64,000 nucleotides of DNA, taken from assembly GCA_020536535.1 (NCBI GenBank), contig JAHLWZ010000791.1, forward strand, positions 124,001 to 188,000, given 5' to 3'. Below, one piece after another: positions 1 to 13,164 of the stretch. This DNA is from Pelomyxa schiedti (Eukaryota > Protista > Evosea). The position numbers and the translations under genes are program-made. The notes under the pieces are model-generated. The model was not told the origin of the DNA. It saw only the letters and a program-made list of their open reading frames with translations, and ran no database searches. Position 1 is the first letter of the stretch. Every line of letters starts with the position of its first letter.

Positions 1-1414
1 TGAGCAGGGTAGCACAATCACTGGTTGATCAGACATCCCGACTCCTCAAAGACACACTGGTACCAACACCGTGACTGTAAGGACTAAACTCTTTGCAGGG
101 AATTCACCTTCAGCTACCTGAAAAGACCACAATACATGATAAGATGAATAATTCCATTGGAGAGACAGTAAGGTGCATAGAAAGCCTATTGGAAGTAGCG
201 TCTGCTATGGCTACAGCAGAAGAACCAGAAAAACGAGCATTTAAAAAAAAGGTTTTTTTCCTTGGGGTTCACTTTGGTTAATTTAAGCGCCAGATGGAGA
301 AAGCCTCTGCAGCAGTTGCCATGACACTCCAAAATATTGGCGATGTTCTTCAGCAGTACCCTGGCGGAGAGGCACTTGCCCTGGAGGAATCAATAAAGGA
401 AGCAGAAGAACTTGAAATGACGGCAGAAAGGTAAAGAGCCGTACTTTTTCCGTATGTTCTGACTTCTACCCAGAGAACTTAAGAAATGCATTCAAGCAAT
501 AGATTCAGGTTCTGCAAAATTGTTGGCTTCAAAGCCCGTTGTAAAGCCTAAAGCTGTGAGATTTCCCATCCCCTGTCTTTCCCTAACATGGTACCAGCCA
601 GGGGCGAAATTAGACCAAGTGGATATTAGTTGCATCATTAAAGATGGTGCAGCAGCAATTACTTCAGCAAGCAGTAATTTGATGAAGTACGCTTCCACTG
701 CGCAGGTACATTGCTGCCTTGAAGTTAACACAAAATAACACCTAGCATAGGGCAGTAGAATCACCCTTTTGCGAGCCGGAAGTGTGAAGTACCGCTCTGA
801 TCCTCTTTGGACTAATGCTCTCATAGCAGCTGCCCAAGTTGCTACACTCCTTTTACAACTTTCAATTAACCTAACGCAGGCTGTTTCAGCCAAAGTGGCA
901 GCACTTGTTGCCGCTGCGATAAAGGCAAACCCCACAGAAGAAGAGATAGTTTCTACATCAAGTGGGGTTAGCACTGCGACGGCAGCACTGGTTAATGCCA
1001 CAAAGCAGCGTGTCTATGATCCTAGCAGTGTGGTACTTTAATTTGCAGTCTCACGTTGAGTTAACACAACACTTAGGAACAACAGAACATGGCAAATGCA
1101 GCCAAATCCGTGGCCGCCTCCACCGTGGCACTCGTTACTGCAGCCAAGAAAGCATTAGAGCCAGTTGAAATAGAGGAGGTATGGCTGCAGAACAATTCCA
1201 TTCCCCTTTTTCCTAATCCACACAAAGTCTTCAGCAAGTACCATAATAACAGGCACTGGAGGTTATGACTGGGAATTGGAGAAACAAATTGAAGTTGAGA
1301 AAATAGAAGCTCAACTCCGGCGAGCCAGGTCCGACATGCAGAAGGTTTCTATTTCCCACAAATGACCCAAAGTTTCTGATTTGAATTTAACAGCTTAGAG
1401 GAGGCAAAAGTTAG
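1..1414 (+). CDS. Talin-like protein, C-terminal part with I/LWEQ actin-binding domain (5' truncated by window, multi-exon)
   Basis: Spliced exons give Ala-rich helical bundles 'YRSDPLWTNALIAAAQV', 'EEEIVSTSSGVSTATAALVNA', 'AAKSVAASTVALVTAAK' and the dimerisation helix 'LEKQIEVEKIEAQLRRARSDMQK|LRGGKS*'; stop TAG at 1412-1414. Confidence 0.75.
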
Positions 1415-1625
1415 TTGTATATAGAATAGAACGACTGTGATTTATCCATTGTTAAAACAAAGAAAGTTTTGCAGTTTACACCCTCTCATTTGAAAAAAGA
1501 ACCAAGCGTTATTAGTGAAACAAAAAACAGCCGCGACGAAGGTTTTGGAACTGCATCGAACGGATTTGTTTTCCAATCGGTTTTAAAATTGGTTTTCTAG
1601 ATAGAACAAAAACATAGTGGAGCTT

Positions 1626-4600
1626 TCACCCAGACCCTGTGTAGCTCTGGTAGTACCCACTGCTATCCAGAGTGTAAACCGCCCAAGACATGGCCGTTTG
1701 CAGGGCTGTGATGATTTCTTTGGTATCTGGTGGTAGACTTTTGATAAACTGGTCCAAATCCATAGCATAGTTTACAGACTCCCAGCCTGCAGGCCACACT
1801 TCTGCAAGAAGAAGTTCTACTTTTTTACAAACATCCTTTGCGAGATGTTAGTACAGCGGTTTTAAAAGTTTTACAGGGAACACACGGCTGGTGGTAATTC
1901 GCCGTAAGATGTAAGGTCATAGGCTTTACCATAAAAGTCAACATGCGTTACAGCGTCGGGATCACAGGCTTCAACATACGATCTGAAGCCTGGAACCCAG
2001 GAATTGTCAATAAGAAGGTACTCAAGTGTTTGACCCTCAGGTGCATCAGAATTTGTCGGATACTGCTCTTGGCTGGAATAATCAGTGCTATAAGACCCCT
2101 CAGTAGTGCTACATGTTTCTTCCGACGTTGGAGATGTTGTTTGCGTTGTTGAATAAACGTCGGTTGCTTGGTCTGTGTATGTTGTGTCTGTGCTTGCATA
2201 CTCGGTTACACTATAAGCAGTTTCGTCGTAGGCTTGGCTCTGATTCTCTGGATCGTATGCTGTGTATGTTTGGTCGGTGTACGCCTGATCGGAATAGGCT
2301 TGGTCACCATAGGCCTGATCGGAGTATGCTTGATCAGAATACACCGGGTCGGAATATGCCTGCTCCAAATACCCTTGATCTGAGTAGGTCGGATCACAAT
2401 ACGCCTGATCGGGAGTATGAACAGCTTCCTGTTGCGCACTTTCCGTGCTTTGAGTGTTGTACGTTTCTGTTGGTTTCAGCGCGGGAGTAGTTTCTGCATT
2501 ATTCTGCCGAGGTGATTTGTTAATACTTCCCTGTGGTTGCTCCTTATCAACAGTTGATGGTGGAGGTTCTGTGAGGGCGACCTCCTGGTTGGTTGCGTTA
2601 CTTTGGTCGTAGCTCTGTCCGTTATTATAAGCTTGATCTGCCGCATAGACCTGATCTGTAGCATACGATTCACTGTTGTATGCCTGATCGGAGCAGTAAG
2701 ATTCTTCTGGCAGGTAGCTGTCGTATGCTCCATAAGTCTGATCGTAGGCTGGATCAGCAGTATAAGGCTGATCCGAGTAAGCTGGGTCTGTGTATATTTG
2801 GTCAGTGTAGACTGGGTCATAAGCCTGAGTTTCGTAAGAAAGAGCATCGACATTGACAGGTGGCTCCCCTTTATTCTCACTGTTTGGAGTGAGTGGCTCT
2901 TGCTGTTCGGGTATAGTCCCGTCGCCCACAGGCCCCTTTGTTTTGCTAGGGTCTGTTTCTGCAGGACTTTGTTCGGCTGAGGAGTGTGTTTCTGGGCCAG
3001 TAGGGCCACTCTGGGCCTTGGATACCTCTGTTTTGTTTGGAGGTAGCGGGGCAGGAGCAGGAGGCAGTGGGGCAGGAGCAGGAGGTAGGGAGGCAGGAGG
3101 CAGGGGAGCAGGAGGCAGGGAGGCAGGAAGTAGGGGTGCGGGAGGTAATGTCACTTTTTCAAGTGGGGTAACTACTGGGGGTTCTGTTGTTGGGACCCCA
3201 ATACCATTGATATAATAATCATCGGGTATCAAGTGTTGTTCTGGTAGATAGTCATCAGTGGGGTGAGCATCTACATTAGTGTGGGAGGGCTCATCCCAGA
3301 TATAAGTTTCTTCATCTTGTGGGGCTTCCTTCTACAAAGTGTAAAGTTCAAGCAAGAATTTCAAAAGGGTACCTGGGCCTGAAGTACTGGGGTATCTTGG
3401 TTTAGTATGATGGGCTTGTCTGGTGTATTGCTGACTTCTTTTGGTGGGGCAATGACTGTATCAAGAACTGGTGGAGGGATTTGATTTGAAGAACTGTCCT
3501 CTGGTATAACACTGACTACGGGTGGGGGAACGGCACATGAAGTTGATTGCCCATTTGCAGAAGTGGAAGTTCGGGTTTCGTTTTGTGCCGGTGTGCCATC
3601 TCCCGATTCTGTATTTGTTCTCAACACCACAGGAGTTGTAGCTTTCTCTTCTACCGGTTTAGAAGGCTTTGTGGACTGTGTGGTAGGAGACGGACTGGAT
3701 TTTTCTGCTGAAGCAGGTGCCACTTTTGCATTGTTTGAGCAATCTTGTTTAGCTATTGCCACGGGCTTTTGGATGGTGTGGGCAGCTTTTTCTCTGGCAA
3801 TGGTTTGTTGTACCTGTCCAGAAAGAGGTATTTGTTGTGAGATTTCACATGGTTTTTCGGACTCTTTATCAGTAGGTGAAGACTTGGGTACTGGCAATGG
3901 CTTCTGAGCAGAGAGTTGCTTTTCAGAAAAAGAATTCTGACGTACAACCACCTTTCCAACAGTCGGCTTCGATGGTTGTTCTGCAGGTAACTTCTGGATA
4001 GAAACTGGCTTTTCGCTTTGTGTCTTTTGAGTGGGGGTGGCCTTTTCACTGGCGACTGGTTTCTCGATAGTTATTGGCTTAACGGACTTGTCTGAGGTTG
4101 TGTTAATTGTTTTGATTTCACTTGGTGTCATGGCTCCTTGCTTTATGATTGATTTTTCTGAAGCCTCTTTCTTCTCTGGCTGTCCAGGTAAAGAGTTTTT
4201 GGCACTTGACACTTGAGTTGGAGTTGGCTTCTCCGTTGAGGATTTTGAAGGTTGGGGTGGTCTCTCATGAGCAGGTGGAGGTGTAGGCGTAGGCGTAGGC
4301 GTAGGTATTTTAGGAGCTGAAGTATTCTCTTGACTGCTAGTGGTGGGTCTTATTTCAGAAGGTTGTGGTGCTGGTGCGGCTGTTTTAGATGGTGGAGCAA
4401 CTACCTGTGTTGCGGTTGATGGTGTTTCAGTGGGCTTACATGAAGGTGGTGAAGTTGATCTTGTTGGAAGTGCTGCACTCCCAGTCTTTGGAGATGCTGC
4501 TCGTTCCAAGTTGATGCCTCCTTTCCCAGAAGCTGGGTCAAGTTGTTTAGGAGTGTCCACGCGGTGTAGAGTGGGTTTTGGGGATGGCGATTGATCAAGC

Positions 4601-7600
4601 TGTTTGGTTTGTAAACTTGGTGTGGGTGGTGTTGGAAGTGTCTTTTGTAATGGACCCTGTTCCCTAGGAGTTGTAGGCTGAAGTACTTGATTTGAAGGTT
4701 TTTCTGCTTGAACGGGGGTTGTTGATTTTTGTTCCGGATGTAACTGTGGTTCAGGTGAAGTTGCAGACCTTATGGCCTTCTCCGTTAGTACTTTGTTGCT
4801 AGTTGAACTTCGCAAACTATCGGTCTGGCTCGGTTGGGGTGATTGCTCTTGGCTGTGAGGACTTGTCAATCCCCCAGTTTCTCTCACTCCTGCACAAGGT
4901 TGCCCCACCTGTTCCTGTTGAGAACGTGGTTGACCCACTTGTTGTGGACGTTGTACCTGTGGACGTTGTGGTTGGGGGGTTTGTACAACGTGCTGTTGGG
5001 ACTCAGGTGTTGGGGACACTGGTTTCACTTGGGGTTGCGGTTTTGTTTGTGGCTGTGCTGGAGAGGTTGCTTGTGTTTGCGGGTGTTGTATTTGAGCTTG
5101 TGGTTGAGGTTGTGCCTGTGTCTGTGGTTGCGGTTGCGGCTGGGGACGCGGTCGTGGCTGAGGTTGCGGTTTTGATTGGAGCTGTGATGGCTGTTGTGCT
5201 TTCAGTTGCTGTGGAGGTTCTGTTTCTGATTGTGGTTGTGGCTTTTGTTGAGGTCGTGGCTGTGGCTGTGGCTGTGTATGTGGTTGTGGTTGCGGTTGAG
5301 GTCGTTTCAACTGTGTTTGAACTTGATTTGATATTGGCACAAGTGATTGTGGCTCGGGTTGGGGCTTGCCCTGTGGTTGTGGTGCTTGTGATTGTTGGCA
5401 TTGCGCCTGTGTGTTTGGTTGTGGTTGAGGCCGCGGCCGTGGCTGTGGCGGTGGTTGAGGCTTTGGTTGAGATTGAGATTGTTTTTGAGCTTGAGGCTGA
5501 GGTAGAAGCTGAGTAGCCGGAGTTGGAGTGGGAGTAGCCGGGGTCTGAGGTTGAGGCTGAGGCTGAGGAGCCGGAGCCGGAGTTGGAGTAGGAGTAGCCA
5601 GAGGCGGAGGGTGAGGCTGAGGCTGAGGCTGAGTCTGAGTCTGAGGATGAGTTTGTGGGTGAGGTTGAGGCAGCGTTTGAGGTCGAGTTTGTGGTTGTGG
5701 TTGTGGTTTTGGTTTAGGTGTTGGTGTCGGTGTCGGTGTCGGTGTCGGTGTTGTTGCTGTTGATTGAAGTTGTGATGGTGAGTGTGTTTGTGTTTGAGGC
5801 TGTGGTTGCGGCTGCGGCTGCGGCTTTGGTAGTGGCTTTGGCAACTGTTGGGACTTAGGTTGAGGTTCTGAGTGATTATGGACTGGGTCCTGGGGTTGAG
5901 GCTGAGGCTGCACCTGTGAATTTGGTTGTGGGCGTGGTTGAGGTTGTGGGTTTCCCTGTGGGCGTGGCTGTGGTTGAGGTTGTGGGCCTGCCTGTGGGCG
6001 TGGTTGTGGCTGTGGGCCTGCCAGTGGCCGGGGTTGTGGTTGTGGCCGTGGCTGTGTATTTGGTTGTGGCCGTGCCTGTGTATTAGGCTGTGTCTGTGAA
6101 GGAGATCGCAGAGTTGGATCTGCTTGTGCAGATATCTGATGTGTTGGGGGGGGAGTAACCACACGAACCGTAGGTCCAGGTTGACTTTGTTGGGGTTCTT
6201 GTGGCTTTGTCGAATCAAGGGTGTCAGGAGATTTGGAAGGTGAAGGAAGAGGCTTCACCTGGGAAGAATGTGTCCCCTGGTCAGGGGGAAGTGAGGATGA
6301 CACCCCTGAACGTGCAGGGGGTGGTGGAGGCAGTGATTTACCTTGTGCAGGTTGAGGGTCGGTTGGTTGTTTGGTCTCGAGATTGGTTTGCTCAGTTTGC
6401 ACTTGATGTGTTTTTGGAGGAGGTTGTGGTTGCTGTGGGACCTTGGGAGGGGGTTGAGGGATGTTGCGTACGGGTTGCGGAAGTGGTTTGGAGGGCTGTG
6501 CAGGGCTTTCACTAGTTGCTTGGTCAGTAGGTACTGTACGATCCAATGTCTTGGGAGGTGGTTGGGGAATACTTTTTGGGATAGGTAAAGGTTTACCTCC
6601 TTCTCTTGGAGGAGGAATAGCCCGCATGGGGGCCTGTGGTTGAGCTGTGTTATGTGACTGGGTTGAGGAAGGCACACGTGGTGGGGGAATTGGTTGTGTG
6701 TGTGGTACTGATGGCGGAGGCGCAACAGATTTTGTTTGGGAGCTGGCACTATCAGACTGTATTTGCTGGCGTGGTGCTACTTGTTGGGAAGCGGGTGGTT
6801 GAAGGTTTTGTTGCTCAGGTTGCACATTGGTCCTCTGTGGATGTAGTGTGGTTGTTGGCTGGGAGGAATTTCCCGTCCCTTGTTGCGTAGTCTGTGTACG
6901 AGGAGACGGTGCACGAGGATTCCCTGGCTGTGAAATGGCTGGTCGTGCAGGGGTGGTTGCCGATGAAAATGATCGCATCTGAGTTGGGCGGGGTGGAGTA
7001 CGTGATACAGGTGTGCTTTGATCCTGTGACTGAACTAGCTTCCAAGAATTGGTGCCTACCCAGGCCTCATAGTAGACACTCTTAATCTGTGCCAATGCCC
7101 ACATGGACGCCTTATCAAACATATTGGCATTGATTCGACAAATCGGGGAAGGGGACTCAAATTCAAGTCTTGTATACAGGTCGTCACTTATAGACCAAGG
7201 TACATTTTCAAGGGGCATGAGGGCAACAACATCACGGTGACTGATAAATGTTGCAAACAATTTTTGTCCAAGTTCTTGGAGATCCTTTTTTTGTGCCCCA
7301 CCACTGTTTTAGATTGATTAGAATTAAGCAGGAAGGAACCGTTGGTTCAACATCTAGCTTGGAAAAGGAATCGATACTCTGAACAAAATTCAGCAAACCA
7401 TGGGCACCTTGTGTGTGAAGGTATTGCTTAAAATTTTCAGATAGAAGTGGGTGCTCCATTGCAGATTCAAAGGAAGGTGCAGAATCAAACCTCAGGGAGC
7501 TCTAGTATTAATAAAAATAAAGCTTTTAAATAAGCGTAATCAAACCTCAGCACTTTTTGGCGGCTTAGGGAGTGAACGCTTTCCAGTACGGAGCGTCCTA

Positions 7601-9780
7601 TGAGATCTTATTACTTGGTCATTGTTAGAAGGAGGAGGTTGTCCCCGCCACCCCCCAAGCTTGCTGCACCAAATGGTGTACGGAGCAATCATCAAGTAAA
7701 ATGCATCAGCTGGGAATTTCCATTGGTTTGGGGCACAACATGTTAAAGAAGATAGTGATTGAACCTTGAAGTGCCTTGAAGGTCGTGGTGTTTAGAAGGT
7801 GATCATTATCAGCTCCAAACAAAATTGCCTGTAATGAATTGGCATTACCCTCTTGTACACAAACATTTTGGGGTGAATCTTGGTCACAAAAAGTGTTGAA
7901 AATGCGGACAGCTTCTCTCCGGAATTCCTAAAGGGAGTTAGAGCTTTTATAGATATTTAAGAGTTTAAACTGATTTAGAAGTAAAGTATTGTGATGACAG
8001 AGATTCTATCTCTTCCCAAAGTAGTAAGGGGTCTTGGCTTTCTTGGCTTATAAGATAATTTTTAAAAACTTCTCGGAGTCCAGTATTGCTGAGTGTAGCA
8101 GCAAGAGAAGGAGGGGATGGTTTCCGTTTCTAAAGGAAATCAGAGAGGGATTTAAATCCTCACAAACCTCCATGGGGGCAGGTGATGCAACAGGACGGAC
8201 TGGGGTGGAGACAGGTGTACTGGCATGGGTTACGGTACCTTTTTCAAGATGTAAATAAATACAGAGATTGTGATATAATACTTGGTTCGATTGGAGGCCC
8301 AGGTAACCACTCAATTGTTGTTGTCCAGCGGGGGAAAGAATGATCCTGCATAAGATGGTAGGCCTCTGTTTGGGCTCTGGCAAAAATCTTTGACCAGATA
8401 ATGTCGGGCTTTGGGTTTGTTATCTGGGGTTCCAATTCCGTTGCTATGCCTGCTGGAAAATTGACTTCATACTGGGACCCAGGCTTTACATATTTCTCAA
8501 AGATTCTCCTGGCTTCATTTTGGACTTCACCCTGAAAAATGAGTACAGTTTCATTGCGATTTTGACATACTGGAGCAACACCAGATTCAACCATGGCATT
8601 GAAAGATTCCACCTCATTCCAAAAATTTAAGCTCTCTTCACAGTACTCACTTTCCAGAAATTGCCTGAATCTTACTGCAAGCTCAGGGTCGGGCAAGACA
8701 CTCGTCAGATTACTGGGCTTTGGTATACCTGGACTACAGTTAGAAAGTACAAAGATTAACAAACGTATTATGATAGAGTTCAGAACCTGCTTTCCACATT
8801 TCTGGTTTTTCCTTTTTCACTATAGTAGCTGAAGTTGCAGGTGCAGAAATGATGCCATGTCTGATTGTGCCAACAGCAACAAGCTTTTTTAGGAAAAAGG
8901 ATTTTCCAGATTCACCTGTGCGCTTTTTTGCCTTCTCTTCAGATTTTCGTACTTTTTCTTCTCCTTTTTTTGCTTTCTCTTCCTCTTTTTTTGCTCTTTC
9001 TTCCTCTTTTTTTAATCTTTCCTCTTCTTCCCTCTTTGCTTTCTCTTCCTCCCTTCTTGCACGCTCCTCTTCCTTCTTCACTCTCTCTTCTTCCTCTCGT
9101 TTTGCCCTTTCCTCCTCCCTCTTGGCCTTCTCCTCCCTCTTTGCGCGCTCTTCCTCCTCCTCCCTCTTGGCTTTCTCTTCCCTTTTTGTTCTCTCCTCTT
9201 CCTCTCGCTTTGCCTTCTCTTCTCTTTTCGCCTTTTCCTCCTCTTCGTGTTTCATCCTCTCCTCCTCCTCCTTTTTGGCCTTTTCGTGCATTTTCTTCAG
9301 CCTGAGGAAATCCGAGGCATCATCCAACTTGACAGACATCCTCTGAATATGCCCCGGCTTGAGCTGTAATGCAGTTGCAGTTACGCTTCCCCCGGACATC
9401 TGGAGTGGAGGGGAAGAGGACACACTGGGCGGGATCCCAGTAACAACACCCCCTAATGCAACAGGCAGTATAACTCTCGGTGGTGGCCTGGGTGCAGTAC
9501 CGCCGGAAACCTGTCTCATGTGTATCAGTTGTGTTTATTAACTAGTTATAATATATAATATCCACAACGAACGATACCGTGGCAGCTGTCAAAAAAATAA
9601 TTAGAATCCCAGTTGAGTGGCCGAAACGCAAACGTGAGAACGACGATGGGGAGGAAGAGGAAAGAAAAAAAAAAAAAAAAAAGCGAGCTAGCACAAGAAT
9701 TTGGATGATGGGTTGAGATATTGTTGTACGTTACCGTGTGCTCTTTGCGGTATCGGCGGCGGTATTGGGTGAGACGACAT
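1626..9780 (-). CDS. Very large multi-RGS-domain protein with E/K/R charged helix, Pro/Gln-rich linker and Tyr/Asp-rich repeats (multi-exon)
   Basis: Clear RGS domain at about 8320-8710 (LTSVLPDPELAVRFRQFLESEYCEESLNFWNEVESF...EARRIFEKYV...FARAQTEAYHLMQDHSFPRW). Weaker RGS-like units at about 7700-8170, 7030-7480 and 1630-2040. ORFs 8740-9519, 3361-7260 and 1871-3232 are joinable by short GT-AG introns. Start ATG 9780 (MSSHPIPPP) is inferred. Confidence 0.75.
2170..2830 (-). repeat. Coding pentapeptide repeats D-[QP]-[ATV]-Y-[ST]
   Basis: Two blocks such as 'DQAYCDPTYSDQGYLEQAYSDPVYSDQAYSDQAYGDQAYSDQAYTDQTY'; 15-nt periodicity in the DNA. Confidence 0.85.
4960..6090 (-). repeat. Coding (PQ)n/(PT)n low-complexity hexamer repeats
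   Basis: Plus strand shows tandem tgtggt/tgaggc/ggtgtc units encoding PQPQPQ and TPTPTP. Confidence 0.9.
8930..9290 (-). repeat. Coding EEEKAKR-type charged repeats (single alpha-helix-like)
   Basis: 'EEEEKAKREEKAKREEEERTKREEKAKREEEEERAKR...'; pyrimidine-rich plus strand. Confidence 0.85.
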
Positions 9781-9981
9781 GACAAACCCGAAAAATTTTA
9801 ATCTCCTCTTCCCAAACGGGAATCGTGCATTGCGTAGCTGCGGACTACGGAAATTTAAATCTGGGTTTTTCAAGAACGAACATTGGCTCAGTCTGTTTGG
9901 GTGTGGCCAAAACAATGTTTTTGCTTTGCAAGGCTAGAACAGTGGGTTTTTGCCAAATGGGTGTGATACCAAGTGCAAGGC

Positions 9982-12761
9982 TTAAGGGAGTTGTTTGATT
10001 TTGTCCTGTAGTTCAGTGGCCATGTGGAGTGTTGCTACGCTGGTGTTGTTACAGGAGAGCACTTCGGCAAGGAATTGTTGTACAATAGGTGTCACGAGTG
10101 TTGGCTTTGCAGCCGGTCCTATCTGTTTGACAGTTTAGTAGGCAAAAGTTGGTGGAAAGAACTTACATCGGCAAAGTCTGTGAGAACATTGACCATCACT
10201 GCAGTAAGGCTGTCGGGACGGTTCACATCGTTCAGCACAACACGAACTAATGTTGTGATGTGCTGTGAGAGCCCTGTTGCAAGGTCGTTGCCTCTTCCTC
10301 CAGCTTTAAACGCTATTACAATGCCGTCATAAACGTTGCACACTCCTTCTCGAAGGGCGTGAAGGTAGTCTGCAGTATCGTCATCATCAGGGTCGTCTTG
10401 GCTCTCTGCGGTAGCTGCAGCCAGTAGGGCCAGAATGTCGTTCACATGTGGAATAAATGCAGCTTGAAGTGTATTTGCCATATCACCTATCACCTTGAAA
10501 AGATTTGGCTTCAAGGCCCTGGCTATTGCGGGGTTCTTAATATGCTGCGACATGATAGTGATGATCTGAGGGCAATACGGGGCAATTTGAGGTCCCAAAG
10601 AGGAGCACAGAGTGCTAACAAGTTCGATGGCAATGCGGCAAACTTCGTATTCTTCATGGTTCTTCAACGCACTGGCGATTACCGGCAAGAAGTGCTCCAT
10701 ATACTTACTGAAGTTTCCTTCCAGTGAGCTTGCCAGAGCACCAACAGCCTGTAAGGCTTCTTCATGGACAGACATACTTTTAGTAGTGAAAACTCTTGAG
10801 TATAGTGCTGCTAACGCGTCAGCAACGGCCACTGTTTGGTTTCCAAGTCGGAGTGTGCATTCTCTCAGAACAGTACACACCAAAGCTTGAGTCTCTTCCA
10901 ATTTTTTTTTCTCTTCCGTGCTTCTTGGTGTAGATACCAGCAGGGACTGTAAGCGCTGGACCAGGTTTGTTACCAGGTCAGCGACAGTACTTAGTGTATC
11001 GCTTCCAGAATTGCATACTAAGGTGCTGGCTGTAGTGTAAGCCTGACGTTGGAGATTGTTTTCATCAGCATCTGGTCTATCCGAGCACAGGAGAAGGTTT
11101 TGGACAATTCGAGCGAAATAAGGTGATAGAGGGCACGTGTTTCTAGTGACGGACTCACTGGAGGCAGGATACGCCTCTGACATCTGACATAGGGCCCAGC
11201 ACACTTTGCTAGCAATAAGAGGAGTAGATTTGACCAAGTGCGGCAGAATCGCTTCCAGAGCTGTGGGTACGTTACTTTTAACGAGTGCAGGGTGCACTTG
11301 GTACAATTTGCCCACTACCCATACTGAGGTCTGTTTAACAACGTCTGATGGATCCGAGAGATTACTTAATACCATTGGCAAAAGGGCTGTAATATACGGT
11401 GCCAACACGTTGGACTTAGGTCCTTCAAGAACAGCACCGAAAGCAGATGTGGCAGCATCTTTTTGATGCCAATCAGTACTTTGAATAGCTCCTCCTATAA
11501 GAGGCATGATTACTGGTACTATGTTATCTTCGGTGCATTGAGCCACAAAGGAGAGACATGTACTGCCGGCTGCGCTTACATTCCATGCATCTTCATCCTG
11601 ATCCTCTTCCTGTCGTGAAAGAGTTGTCCATAGCGCCTTCACAAGATATTGAAGTGCCCCAGCAATGTAATTGGCACTTGCCTTCTCAACTGGCCGGCCC
11701 TCGAGAGTTGCTGCCTCCGCAAGGTCTCGCAGTTTCTTCTCCGTATCTGCAATAGAGGTCCAGAACTCAATTGCTTGCAGGGCAACAGATTCGGGCTCCG
11801 TTGTAGACTGAAAAGCCGAAATAGTCATATTAAATATTGCTTGCATGTATGCAGGAAGCTTGTCATAGTAAAGTTCAGCAACTTTCACCAGGCACTCAAA
11901 GGCAAGTTCACGAACTTTCTCTGGTTGGCTTGAGCGCGTGGCTTCAAGAATAATCTTCATCAAGAAGTTTCTTTGGGCCTCCGCATCAAAGGCGTGATCG
12001 GCGTACTGAAGAGCACTGGTGAGAGCTTTAAGAGCTGCGGCTTTGACTTCCATATTAGTTTGCTCTGTCATGCACCCGTGAACAACAGTCTGCAGGATTT
12101 CGTCACAGTTATCCCGGATGTTCTTTGGTAATAGCTCCTCACAGATGTAGCCAACAGTCTCAATGGAAGCCTGTGTACTAAAACGTTAATCCTAGAAGAA
12201 AGGAGGGTGTTAGTCACCTTCTTAAGGAAATCGTTAGTAGTCTTAGCATTTGTGACTAAAATCTCGAACAAATCTTGCCACTGCCAAAAGATTATAAACG
12301 AGATAAAGGAGGTAGGAAGTTTACCTGGTTTTGCGGGATTTCCAGTTTTGCAAGGCTGCTGCATATTTGCGCCGCTGCACTCCTCGCTTCCGGGCTAGAC
12401 GAACCGAAAACGGACAAAACTGTTTTTTTCACCTTCAAAGTGTTAAAAAAAAAAAGATCAAAAAAAAATCCACTTGCACCTTTTCTCGTATGTTAGGGTC
12501 CACACTTTCCCATCGCTTTTGAAGCTCCGCCGTGCCTTCCTTTGCTTTGGTCTTCACCGAGTTCTTCAGCATGATTCCGGCGAGTTGTCGTATTCCCGCT
12601 GGGGTAGTTTCGCTAGCCAGTTCAGCTGCCAGAGCCGAAACGTAGCCCGCAAAATCCGCCATTTCCGCTGCTTTCAGTCGCTCCTCGGCCGGTCGTCTTT
12701 CCGCCTCGTTCGAGGACTGAGCTGCAGCCAACAACATTGATAGAGCCGATGACGAAGCCAT
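9982..12761 (-). CDS. KPNB1: Importin subunit beta-1 (HEAT repeats)
   Basis: IBN_N start 'RQLAGIMLKNSV...RWESVDPNIREKV'; 'AFECLVKVAELYY', 'VALQAIEFWTSIADTE', 'QEEDQDEDAWNVSAAGSTCL', 'AFGAVLEGP', 'SVHEEALQAVGALA'. Last exon ends KIKQLP* at 9982. Confidence 0.95.
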
Positions 12762-13164
12762 GTTATTGTCTTGTGTTTTTTGTCTTCCCTGTTAGTGTCG
12801 CAAAACCGGTGCTGCGTAGCGTGAAACACAAATGAGCGTGGATTTAAATTGCGTAATCGCGTACCGGGAACTTCCCGAAATTGCCTCCTCAGATCCTTCA
12901 GTCCTCCAAGATCCCCCATGGGTGGTTCCTCCTCACAAAGTGCTACCACGAGTGCGCACTCCCCAGCGGAAAAGACTGAAGTCTGAACACCTCCCTGTCA
13001 AAGGGAAATCCGCGAAAAGCAACTTCGATCTTCATCATTGCGGAACGTTGCTGAACTTTATTTGTCTTTCGGCATTTTTGTCTCGTAGTCGGTGCACCGA
13101 CGATTATCGGCTGTCGTGTCTAAGATCTCGTCTGTGTGAATCTTCGTATTGTTGTTTTCGAAAC

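Noticed and set aside
2170-2830. Periodic DNA repeats as a CRISPR array
   Set aside because: 15-nt coding periodicity, no unique spacers, no cas genes, eukaryotic context.
4803-6218. Long Val-rich, Thr-rich, His-rich and Arg/Leu-rich ORFs
   Set aside because: Shadow frames of the PQ-repeat coding sequence.
8849-9346. Ser/Phe-rich plus-strand ORFs
   Set aside because: Antisense of the EEEKAKR repeat.
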